This document shows, one piece after another, positions 9,780 to 18,392 of a stretch of DNA of 64,000 bases (positions are counted from its first letter, which is position 1; each line of letters starts with the position of its first letter). The notes under the pieces were generated by a model. It made no database searches. It was not told the origin of the DNA and saw only the letters and a list, made by a program, of their open reading frames with translations. The stretch covers positions 64,001 to 128,000 of the forward strand of contig MTMF02000009.1 in NCBI GenBank assembly GCA_002011125.2. The letters are read 5' to 3'. Position numbers and translations under genes: made by a program. This stretch comes from Candidatus Hydrothermarchaeum profundi. Its GTDB lineage: Archaea; Hydrothermarchaeota; Hydrothermarchaeia; Hydrothermarchaeales; Hydrothermarchaeaceae.

Positions 9780-10223
9780 CTACTTTATTTTTTTCTTCAC
9801 TGTTTTACCGTAGGTATCTGTCACAACCAGATAAAGATCATCCTTCCCCACTATCTCTAGTTTTCTTTTCAGAACGAATGTAAGGTGTTTGTTAACTGTT
9901 TTACCAACTGGTAAGTCAAAAATCGGCCTAAACATTCCAATAGGTTCGGAAAAATCATGTACATTTACATTTTCATCAGGCGCAAGACGAATCTTGTATC
10001 TAGGAATATGTAGCTGTACATCTCTAATCGAGGTTGGCTTCTTCGATAAATTCAAAACATCAAAATCGACATTAAAGTAGGTAGCGTCTTCTTCTTCGGT
10101 TACCATAAGCTTGTTGATTATTACATCGAACCTATTCCTTTCATCTAGAATTCTCCAGCATAAGCTTATAGTGCCGGTAATCGCACCAACAACCGCTATA
10201 AAAGTCGTAATACCTTCAGGCAT
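9780..10223 (-). CDS. Membrane-anchored beta-rich hypothetical protein
   Basis: N-terminal TM (ITTFIAVVGAITGTISLCW) followed by an Ig-like V.N.S.KP.SI pattern. Confidence 0.65.
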   Translation of the reverse strand: MPEGITTFIAVVGAITGTISLCWRILDERNRFDVIINKLMVTEEEDATYFNVDFDVLNLSKKPTSIRDVQLHIPRYKIRLAPDENVNVHDFSEPIGMFRPIFDLPVGKTVNKHLTFVLKRKLEIVGKDDLYLVVTDTYGKTVKKKIK

Positions 10224-10390
10224 ACAAGAAATAATAGCTACGAGTCTATATTTTTACGTTTCCATCCGCAGAAAAAAGGCTTAAATGGTATAAATAAATT
10301 GCACAAACCTATGTTTTTTCCTTTGAATTTCTCTTAGTTTTTATTTCCTTTTACAATGATCTTAATTTAACTTATCCCCCCTTAATATGC

Positions 10391-10837
10391 TTATGAGCTA
10401 TAAGAGAATTTTCCGAACTTCGTTATCAGTTGAATGAAAATTTTTCCTTCCGTTCTAGTAATTTCAACCGTTGCTCCTTCCAATACTTTACTAATTTTCT
10501 TGATTACATTGAGTTCTGGTTTAGATATTTTATATTTGCCTTTCTTGTACCCCTCATAAAAAAGATATACAATTGCTCCAAACCCAGCTCCTAGACCTGA
10601 GCCAAGTATGCCTCCTATAGAGCCTAATAGTGCTCCACCAGTTACCGCTTTTAATTGTTTTTTCTCGTCTGGCGACAACTTTTTAATCTCTTCCAAAGCT
10701 TTCGTCCCTGCTGGACCAGCTAATCTTTCACTTAACTCCTCAATAATATCCTTAGAAGCTATTATCTTCCCTCCACTAGGAACTCGTAATTCTTCTTTTT
10801 TTCTTTCTTTTTTCTTTTTCTGTTCTTCCTTCGTCAT
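10391..10837 (-). CDS. Glycine-zipper membrane protein
   Basis: GGALLGSIGGILGSGLGAGFGAIVYLFY; SD GGAGG. Confidence 0.7.
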   Translation of the reverse strand: MTKEEQKKKKERKKEELRVPSGGKIIASKDIIEELSERLAGPAGTKALEEIKKLSPDEKKQLKAVTGGALLGSIGGILGSGLGAGFGAIVYLFYEGYKKGKYKISKPELNVIKKISKVLEGATVEITRTEGKIFIQLITKFGKFSYSS

Positions 10838-10937
10838 AAAACCTAACCTCCTAGTCTTCTATTATGATTCAATACCTATTAAGGTTTTTTCTGGATTTCA
10901 AAAGCCACATATACCTCAATCCTTTGATACTCTGGGT

Positions 10938-11141
10938 ATGGAAAATAGCAGATGCCTGAAACATCCGAAGATAAAGCTCTTACTCAAGCTGCTTGAGAAA
11001 TGCCAAAGTTGCGAGAGGTTCCAAGGATCTGTTCCTATCGATGGCTATGTTCTCATTCATTGTGGTAGTAAACCAGAGAATGGATTGAAAAATGGTTGTC
11101 GGTATGTTGTGATGCAGAACCGTATACCGAGTGCTCTTTGA
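10938..11141 (+). CDS. Small Cys-containing hypothetical protein
   Basis: ATG 10938; CQSC..IHC pattern; coding status uncertain. Confidence 0.35.
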   Translation: MENSRCLKHPKIKLLLKLLEKCQSCERFQGSVPIDGYVLIHCGSKPENGLKNGCRYVVMQNRIPSAL

Positions 11142-11345
11142 GGAGCTTCAGGGTGTTCACAAACGTCCTACAGGCCTCTCTTTCCATCACCTTAATCTAA
11201 TAGCGCTGGTGCATTATCGTTCCCCTTCCCAAAAGTTACTTTCGGAAGTACTGATAATGATAGAAAATTTTAAATATGAGTTACGTATAGTGAGTTATAT
11301 CTACAAGTTATGAATCACAACTTATAGCTTAGATAGTTGATTGAG

Positions 11346-12200
11346 ATGATCTGCATAAAATGCGGTTTAACAAAAAGGGGTGAAGAAGATTTTTTCATTT
11401 GCGAGGATTGTAAAGATTTTTCGAAAATAGTAGATGACATTTATGCTGACATAGATACTAAGATGGAAACGTTGGAAAATATAGACCCCGATACAAACCC
11501 GATATTTCGGTTATTGTCTGATAGTTCATTTGTTACGGCACAAAATCCACAGACAGCGATTTTTTATAAATTATGTGAATTTATAGTCGCACGGGCATTA
11601 AATGGCGTTACCGAAATTACGGAAGATGAGCTTAATAGAGAAATAAGAACGACTAGGGCTTGGAGTGATGCATTTAAAGTTTTTGAAGAGTTAAATCTCG
11701 TTAAAGTAAAAACTGAAAAATATAGGAGAGTCTTAATTTTAACGGATAAAACTAAGAAATTCGCCAACCAATACTTAGACGGTGAACCTCTAAGTGAACA
11801 AATAAGAATTAGATTAGCTCACATATATGCGGGTTATGTTTTGTTATATATACTAAAAAAAATAGCGGAATTAGATAAAGAATATGATATTACAATGTTA
11901 CCTTATAAGCAAAGACCGAGAACATTGTGGACTATATTAATGTTCCTGTGGGCTACCGCATATAACGGGAGAGAGAAATTTACCGAAGAAGATTTAAGAG
12001 CATTCATTTCGAGGAGGAGAATTCCGTCCATAACGAGAGGGAGGATAATTAGGTCGCTTCAAACAATTGATGGAAAGTTCGTGCAAGGATTAATAAAAGA
12101 TATGAGCATCGTAGGTGGAAATATAACTTTTAAATTTGAGGATTATGTTATGGTAGAGATGGAAAGAGTTAGAGAAAGAATTAGAGAAAGGGAGAGATAG
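11346..12200 (+). CDS. N-terminal Zn-finger plus putative winged-helix protein A with (RE)n tail
   Basis: CIKC..CEDC; helix-helix-wing pattern (ITEDELNREI..AFKVFEELNLVKV); ends ERVRERIRERER. Confidence 0.7.
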   Translation: MICIKCGLTKRGEEDFFICEDCKDFSKIVDDIYADIDTKMETLENIDPDTNPIFRLLSDSSFVTAQNPQTAIFYKLCEFIVARALNGVTEITEDELNREIRTTRAWSDAFKVFEELNLVKVKTEKYRRVLILTDKTKKFANQYLDGEPLSEQIRIRLAHIYAGYVLLYILKKIAELDKEYDITMLPYKQRPRTLWTILMFLWATAYNGREKFTEEDLRAFISRRRIPSITRGRIIRSLQTIDGKFVQGLIKDMSIVGGNITFKFEDYVMVEMERVRERIRERER

Positions 12201-12205
12201 TATAA

Positions 12206-12964
12206 ATGGAAATGAAAATCGATGATGAACTAGAAGTTGTCAGTGGAAGGACCTTGCCTGAGGTTGATCTTCTTCCTCAACTTAAAGAAATAGAAGGTAT
12301 AATATCAAGGACTTGCGAATATTTCTTTAAGGGGAATCTCGTGATGAAAAATTCACCGTTTAAAGGTTTTATATTAGAAGGGCCTCCTGGAACTGGTAAA
12401 ACAGAGATAATAAAACAAGTGGCTAGAAAATTAGATAGAAGATTACAAACAGTTTCTTTTTTGTTTGTTGATGGTGCGTCTATAGCAGCACCAAAATGGG
12501 GAGATGCTGAAAAAAAATTAAGAAGCATTTTTAGATGGATAAAGAAACAATCTAAAAATTCAAAATTATTAATTCTGTTTGATGACATTGAAAGTTTGAT
12601 GTTAACTAGGGGGACAGAACTAGCTAAAGAATGGCATTATTCGATTAACTCCATTCTTTTTCACGAAATAGACAAGCTCAATCCATACAAAGTTATTGTA
12701 TGTGCCACCACCAATCGCCCAGATTTAGTTGATGAAGCAATAAGAACAAGATTATACCCAATCCAAGCACCAAATCTACCATTAGATCAACTCATGATCG
12801 CTGTAAATGAAATTTTAGAAGCAAGCAATATGAAAAATGAAGATAAAAAATTCGTCGCTGAGAAAATCAAGGAAAAATTAAAGAAAATGGAAAATCCGAC
12901 AATAAGAGATGCACGACAAATAACTGTGATGGAATGCATTGAAAGGAGGTTGTGGTCGGTATGA
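12206..12964 (+). CDS. Classic-clade AAA+ ATPase (single domain)
   Basis: GPPGTGKT, pore loop PKWG, Walker B LLILFDDIE, SRH ATTNRPDLVDEAIRTRL. Confidence 0.9.
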   Translation: MEMKIDDELEVVSGRTLPEVDLLPQLKEIEGIISRTCEYFFKGNLVMKNSPFKGFILEGPPGTGKTEIIKQVARKLDRRLQTVSFLFVDGASIAAPKWGDAEKKLRSIFRWIKKQSKNSKLLILFDDIESLMLTRGTELAKEWHYSINSILFHEIDKLNPYKVIVCATTNRPDLVDEAIRTRLYPIQAPNLPLDQLMIAVNEILEASNMKNEDKKFVAEKIKEKLKKMENPTIRDARQITVMECIERRLWSV

Positions 12965-13320
12965 TATTATTAGAGGAAGTTCCTAAAACTGGAATACTCA
13001 TTTTAACTGTATATTTTCCGATGGGCAAATACAAAGGATATTTTCAAAATGAGGCCAGAAAAAGATTGAAAGAGAAAATTCCTAGAATTGATGAAAAGGA
13101 AAAATTAGGGTTAGAGTTAGAACCTTTGCAATTCAGTCTTGTGAGAACTATTTCTGGAAATATTAGTAGAGCTGGAGGTGTGCAGTGGCAGTTCGGTTAT
13201 AAAAATATGACGCCCAAAAAATTTAAAATATTATACGAAAATATAAAAAGACTTTCTACTCCTGAGTGGTGGGGTAGTTTCGATGTCCTTATAGCGAGTA
13301 ATGTAGCGGGAGTAGATTAG
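12961..13320 (+). CDS. Hypothetical protein (119 aa) coupled to the AAA ATPase
   Basis: ATGA overlap with AAA stop; SD GGAGG. Confidence 0.75.
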   Translation: MILLEEVPKTGILILTVYFPMGKYKGYFQNEARKRLKEKIPRIDEKEKLGLELEPLQFSLVRTISGNISRAGGVQWQFGYKNMTPKKFKILYENIKRLSTPEWWGSFDVLIASNVAGVD

Positions 13321-13321
13321 T

Positions 13322-13450
13322 ATGGACGAATTTGAAAAAATCATTGATAATTTAGCTCGTGAAAAAGTGAATAAGAAAAAATTTGAAAAATTATTAAATG
13401 AAAGATTAAAAGAGATTAAAACAGATATTATAAAGGAGGCTTCTAGATAA
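13322..13450 (+). CDS. Small helical protein, 42 aa; not in ORF track
   Basis: MDEFEKIIDNLAREKVNKKKFEKLLNERLKEIKTDIIKEASR exactly fills the gap between neighbouring genes. Confidence 0.55.
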   Translation: MDEFEKIIDNLAREKVNKKKFEKLLNERLKEIKTDIIKEASR

Positions 13451-15394
13451 ATGGAAGCCAATTTATATATTAAAGATATTGGAGGATTAAGAGGAGAGAG
13501 GGTTTTTAAATTAAAAAAAGGAAAGTTAAATTTAATTGAAGCTTCAAATAGTGGCGGAAAAACTTCCGTTATAAAGGCATTAACTGCTGTTTTATCAATA
13601 CCTCCAGATGGTTATCTTGATTTATATACCGATAAAGAAGCTAGGAAACTTGGCATTAAAAGCGAAGAGCGTAATCCACAACAGGGATTTGTTAATATAC
13701 ATGCAAAAGAGGGAACTGTCAGATTAGAAATAAATGATAAAACTGAGACATATCGTGTCAAACAAAGTGGTGAACATATAGAGTTGCCACAAGAAGGGGA
13801 TCAAAGATTCCTCTTAGCTGGAATATTATCTAATGATAGTAGGATATTAAGACAACTAAGGGGATTAGATGAAGAATACGAACCCGAAGATTTTAAATGG
13901 GCAGTTACACAACTTTCATTTGCAAAAAATTACGATGAAATAAGGGACTATCTTCTGACTAAAAAAGAGGACCTATTAGAGAAAGAATATGCTGCAGAGA
14001 GAAAAATCGAACAATTAGCAAGTTTGGACATAGAACGGCAAAAATTGCTGAAGAAAAGAGATAAACTTGATAAAGAATTAAAAGAATTGGGAGCCAAATT
14101 TAAAGGTATTAAAGATCCTATTAGAAAAAGAAAAGACTTAACCGACAACATAAATAAATACGAAGAATTTAAAGGAAAAAAAATTGGAGAAATAAAAAAG
14201 AAAAAAGATGAAATAAAAAACTTAGAAAAGAAACTAAGTGTATTAGATAAAAAAATTAAAGAAAAAAACAAAGAATTAAAAAATATACAAATTGAAGCTT
14301 TAGAAAAAGAAAATAAGATAAAAAAGGAAGAAAATGAGGAAAAAATTACTAAACTTAAAGAAAAACGAAGCGGAATAGATGGTCTTCTAAATTTATTTGT
14401 AACTGCTCAATCTAGTTTAAGAGGAACATCCGAGGAGATTATTTGCCCTTTATGCAACGACGGAACTATAAGTTATAAGGAAGTTGAATCGAGATTAAAG
14501 GATTTGCGGGCTCAAAAGGACAAAATAAGTAGTGAAATTAAAAATCTAAATTTGGAAAATATTCGATTATCTCAGGAATTACAAAAACAAGTGGACTACC
14601 GAGATAAGTTAAAAAGGGAACTTCGTGATCTTGAAGGCGAAAAATATCATCTAAACAAAGCATTGAACGAACGGAAAATGGAATTAGGCCAACTACAATA
14701 CGATATAGAACAGCATAATCAAATGATTTCAAAATGGAAAAAACAGTTAGAGATTCTAAGAAGTAAAATTAGTTCAGAAGATGAGGAACTCGATAAACTA
14801 TACACCAAAAAAGAGAGAGAAAGAGCAGAAGTTTCAGTCCGTATAAGTGATATTAACCGAGAGTTAGAAGAATCTTCTATGGAAGTAGACGGAGATATAG
14901 TTGAACCAAAAATTGCTAAACAGATCTATGAGAAGTGGATTGAATATATCGAAAATAAAATAGAATTTACTAAAAAAAGAGCAGATGAGCAAAGACAAGA
15001 AGCTGCTAAGCAATTTAATGCTAATATAAATGAGCTGATGGCTGAATTAGGATTTAAAGAATTTAGAAATATTAAACTAAACAATAATTACCAATTATAT
15101 GTTGAAAGGCTTAAAGAAAAAACTGGAGAGTATGTTCCACAACAAGTTAAGAGCTTGAGTACATCTGAAAAATTGACAATCGCTATGATATTGCAAATCG
15201 CTTTAAAGGAAACATATCTCCCGAATACTAACTTTTTCATTTTAGATGATATAATCTCAGATTTTGATGAAGATAGAAAAAATATAGTATTAAATTACTT
15301 ATTGAACAAAGCTAAAGAAAAAGATTGGTTTATTGTAGCTACAAATCTGATTGAAGAAGATAAACCTGTAGAAATTCGATATTTTGGAGGGTAG
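13451..15394 (+). CDS. SMC/Rad50-like ABC ATPase with zinc hook (archaea-specific SMC-related, Sph/BPS2/ClsN-like)
   Basis: Walker A ASNSGGKTS, long coiled coils, central CPLC, signature LSTSE, Walker B/D-loop FFILDDIISDFD. Confidence 0.9.
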   Translation: MEANLYIKDIGGLRGERVFKLKKGKLNLIEASNSGGKTSVIKALTAVLSIPPDGYLDLYTDKEARKLGIKSEERNPQQGFVNIHAKEGTVRLEINDKTETYRVKQSGEHIELPQEGDQRFLLAGILSNDSRILRQLRGLDEEYEPEDFKWAVTQLSFAKNYDEIRDYLLTKKEDLLEKEYAAERKIEQLASLDIERQKLLKKRDKLDKELKELGAKFKGIKDPIRKRKDLTDNINKYEEFKGKKIGEIKKKKDEIKNLEKKLSVLDKKIKEKNKELKNIQIEALEKENKIKKEENEEKITKLKEKRSGIDGLLNLFVTAQSSLRGTSEEIICPLCNDGTISYKEVESRLKDLRAQKDKISSEIKNLNLENIRLSQELQKQVDYRDKLKRELRDLEGEKYHLNKALNERKMELGQLQYDIEQHNQMISKWKKQLEILRSKISSEDEELDKLYTKKERERAEVSVRISDINRELEESSMEVDGDIVEPKIAKQIYEKWIEYIENKIEFTKKRADEQRQEAAKQFNANINELMAELGFKEFRNIKLNNNYQLYVERLKEKTGEYVPQQVKSLSTSEKLTIAMILQIALKETYLPNTNFFILDDIISDFDEDRKNIVLNYLLNKAKEKDWFIVATNLIEEDKPVEIRYFGG

Positions 15395-15395
15395 G

Positions 15396-16202
15396 ATGAA
15401 TTGTCGAATTTGTGGCATTGAATTAGAAGATTTAACTTCAAAACTATGTAAAAAATGTGATTTAACATTATTTCAAATTTTAGATATCATAGAGATATAT
15501 GTAAAAGAAAAAAATCCTCCAGAGTGGCTAACTAATGCCGTGCAAGAGTTAGCATGGATATATCAGGCATATCCAAGGACTGCCGGATATTTTAACACAG
15601 CAGTTGAAATCCTCGAAATTTTTACTATTTTTGGGGCAAGTGAAATACCATTGAAAGAAATAAAAGAAGTCAATTATACTTCTCTCCCGACTAATAAAGT
15701 ACTCTCATTTCTAGAAGAAGCTCTATTGATCGAAAGAGATAATGAAGTAATACGGCCTGGAAAACTTACTAAAAAACTTCAAGAAATTAGGTGGGAAGGT
15801 TATAAAATGGATTCACCTGAAATGGAAAAAAAAATTTTAGAGATTCATGGAATTCTTACTGTTGCATTGACAAAATCATTGATTCAAACCGGATTTTATA
15901 TACCAAGAGGAGCATTAGCTATTTTTGATATGTTATCACATCATATCCTTACCAGCGGTAAAAAGATTGATCCGATACTTTCAAATTATTCTATAGATTT
16001 AGCAACAATAAAATTACCTATTAGGCAAAGACTTCGTTTGATACGCACTATGTCGGGATTTGTAAATGGTAAAACAAAAATTATTTCGGATAATACTGAA
16101 AAAGGAGAAAAACCACTCAAGCCGGTTATAATTAAGTATCTAGAAAAAGAATTTGAGAGATATAGAGAACGTGAAAGAGAACGTGAAAGAGAATTGCTTT
16201 AA
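15396..16202 (+). CDS. N-terminal Zn-finger plus putative winged-helix protein B with (RE)n tail
   Basis: CRIC..CKKC; IPLKEIKEV..VLSFLEEALLIER..IRPG; ends ERYRERERERELL; same layout as 11346-12200. Confidence 0.7.
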   Translation: MNCRICGIELEDLTSKLCKKCDLTLFQILDIIEIYVKEKNPPEWLTNAVQELAWIYQAYPRTAGYFNTAVEILEIFTIFGASEIPLKEIKEVNYTSLPTNKVLSFLEEALLIERDNEVIRPGKLTKKLQEIRWEGYKMDSPEMEKKILEIHGILTVALTKSLIQTGFYIPRGALAIFDMLSHHILTSGKKIDPILSNYSIDLATIKLPIRQRLRLIRTMSGFVNGKTKIISDNTEKGEKPLKPVIIKYLEKEFERYRERERERERELL

Positions 16203-16219
16203 TATATCTTAATTTGGGT

Positions 16220-16238
16220 AATCCTTGATACAAGGATT
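16220..16238. promoter_or_regulatory. 8-3-8 palindrome AATCCTTG-ATA-CAAGGATT overlapping a TATA-like TTTATAT
   Basis: Perfect inverted repeat in the 68-bp gap before the PAPS-reductase-like gene; operator or terminator. Confidence 0.4.
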
Positions 16239-16270
16239 TATATGCTACTTCTTTTATTATTATTTATTGG

Positions 16271-17557
16271 ATGGAAGAAAAGGAAAGTTCTGCAATAGCG
16301 TGGTTGCTCGAAGTTTCTTCAGTTTCTTCTAATAAATATATGGATATCGAGGCACCACAACTGGGTTGTAAAAAAATTATAGGTTCTAATTCGCCAGATT
16401 TTTTAGAGAAAATCAGAGAAGATTTTCCAGATATACATAAAGTTGCTAAGCGTAATTTTAAAAATTTAGCTGTTAGCTTTTCCGGCGGAAAAGATAGTTT
16501 AGTGGTTCTTGACTTAGCAGAGCGTGTGGGAATAAAAAAAGCTGTATTTTCGAATACAACTATTGAGTTTGACCAAACCGTAGATTACGTAGAGTTTTTG
16601 AACGATTTTTATAGTTTAAATATTGACATCGTAACTCCCCCACGTAATTTCTTTGAGTTAGTTGAAGACTTAGGATTCCCTTCTAGACGTTTTAGGTGGT
16701 GTTGTGAAGTAATTAAATTTGGACCTTTAGCAAAGTATGCTAGAGAGAATAACATAGATGGCTTCATCACTGGATTACGAAAAGAAGAATCCACTAGGAG
16801 GAAAGGTTATCAAAAGATAGACTATAATCCTGTTGTTCCTGTACCTCAGATAAATCCAATCCTAGATTGGTCGGAATCAGATGTGTGGAACTATATTAAA
16901 ACATATAAGTTACCATATAACCCTTTATATGATTATTTTGACAGGATAGGTTGCTGGTGCTGTCCTTATAGGACAAAAAAAGAGTGGGAAAAAATGAAAG
17001 CGATAATACCAGATAAAATTAAAAAACTTGAGGATAGGCTACAGAAATATGCTGAAAAACTAGGTATAGGTGATAAAGAGAAATTTATATATCAGTATGG
17101 TTGGACAGCTTGGACTCCTCCCTTAAAAAAAATAACAAGTGGAGTTTTTTATTCCATTAAAAATTCAAGTTCTGAGAGTATAGAAATTATATTTCTAGGG
17201 GACAGTGAAAGCCAGATAAATAAAATTAAAAATCTACTCTGGATTTTAACAGACGATTATGAAGTAATCGGAGAAGGCTATCATAAAAAAATCAGAATAA
17301 ATCTAGACGGACATCCAAGAAAAAAAATAAAGATTTTAATTGAAAAAGCATTAAATTGTATTAAATGCGGGGCGTGTACTGCGTTATGTGAGAGGAATGC
17401 TTTATATTTAGTAGATAATGGAATAAGCGTTAATCGGAAATTATGTACACATTGTTTAAAATGTTTGAACACTGGTAGTAAGAGTTCAATTAGAGGAGCT
17501 TGTATTGCTAGAAATTATCTCCGTAGTCGAAATACATTAAATCAACTTATAAAATAA
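16271..17557 (+). CDS. PAPS-reductase-family (PP-loop) protein with C-terminal 4Fe-4S domain
   Basis: SFSGGKDS, RWCC..K.GP, G.R..ES..R, NPLY..RIGCWCCP, CIKCGACTALC, CTHCLKC. Confidence 0.9.
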   Translation: MEEKESSAIAWLLEVSSVSSNKYMDIEAPQLGCKKIIGSNSPDFLEKIREDFPDIHKVAKRNFKNLAVSFSGGKDSLVVLDLAERVGIKKAVFSNTTIEFDQTVDYVEFLNDFYSLNIDIVTPPRNFFELVEDLGFPSRRFRWCCEVIKFGPLAKYARENNIDGFITGLRKEESTRRKGYQKIDYNPVVPVPQINPILDWSESDVWNYIKTYKLPYNPLYDYFDRIGCWCCPYRTKKEWEKMKAIIPDKIKKLEDRLQKYAEKLGIGDKEKFIYQYGWTAWTPPLKKITSGVFYSIKNSSSESIEIIFLGDSESQINKIKNLLWILTDDYEVIGEGYHKKIRINLDGHPRKKIKILIEKALNCIKCGACTALCERNALYLVDNGISVNRKLCTHCLKCLNTGSKSSIRGACIARNYLRSRNTLNQLIK

Positions 17558-17875
17558 AGATGGAAAATAGTTGGTTATGCGAAAAGTGTATTTTTATTCT
17601 CCTTTATCATCTATACTCCCTGGGTACTGGCGTATCCTCTAGGGCAGTCTTGAGGATGCTGATAGCTTTCTCCTTTATTTCTCTAAGACGCTAGTGTTAT
17701 GCTTCCTTTGACTCAACGGGATAGAGCAAACCTGTAAAGCTTCTCACTTCCTACCTTTAGAAACCTAGAATATGAAACTTTATCCCAAACTGAACGGTCT
17801 GTATAAGAATTTGTGGAACTCTGCAATCGAAACTCTTAAATATACATAATATATATAAATGTATACTATTTGTAT

Positions 17876-18088
17876 ATGACAAAAGATAATATTGTGCATA
17901 TTCGCTTGGAAGATTCACATAAAAAGTTGCTTGATGAATTCCAGCCTTACTTTGGAAATTCCACTGGTAAGGTAATAGTAAATTTAGCATTAAGATGGAT
18001 TGAAGCTAATTTAACTAACCCAAATATTGTAGAGCTAGCTAAGAAAAAAGCGATTAAGCTACAGGTGGGAGGAAGAGATAGTGAATAA
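17876..18088 (+). CDS. Small RHH-like DNA-binding protein
   Basis: IVHIRL..HKKLLD....G.S.G.VIVNLAL strand-helix-helix pattern. Confidence 0.6.
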   Translation: MTKDNIVHIRLEDSHKKLLDEFQPYFGNSTGKVIVNLALRWIEANLTNPNIVELAKKKAIKLQVGGRDSE

Positions 18089-18392
18089 AAAAATTCCTAC
18101 GATCCAGGTAATAACCAAGAAAATTAATGTCAAGAAATTCATTGAGGACGAGTTCTATTATGACCGTAAGGAGAAGGAGATCAGAAGAGAGGTTAAGAGA
18201 AACGCTGACATCGTGATCGTCAATTTAAAGCCCGACCAGAAGATCAAGGACCTATGGGTGCTGGAGATGTTGTTGCATCTCCAACGTGAGTTCTCCGACA
18301 TAGTGATTATACCAGACTCGGATATGCCTATTGAGGAGCTCGAGGACTGGTTTGGGATATTCAGACCAAAGGAGGTATTGAAAGCCTGTTAG
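18081..18392 (+). CDS. Hypothetical protein (possible TGT-barrel fragment)
   Basis: Overlaps the RHH stop; LEMLLHLQREFSDIVIIPD resembles LEKLLKAQVESNAQVLEIPN of the neighbouring gene. Confidence 0.55.
   Translation: MNKKIPTIQVITKKINVKKFIEDEFYYDRKEKEIRREVKRNADIVIVNLKPDQKIKDLWVLEMLLHLQREFSDIVIIPDSDMPIEELEDWFGIFRPKEVLKAC

Noticed and set aside
13451-15394. Housekeeping Rad50 or condensin SMC
   Set aside because: Only 647 aa; no mre11/herA/nurA or scpAB; no hinge domain; lies in an AT-rich mobile element
17575-17870. Possible gene fragment on the minus strand (RLREIKEKAISILKTALEDTPVPREYR)
   Set aside because: Short, interrupted and unassignable
16271-18088. Canonical dndCDE/pbe locus
   Set aside because: Gene order and motifs do not match canonical Dnd proteins; kept only as an analogy
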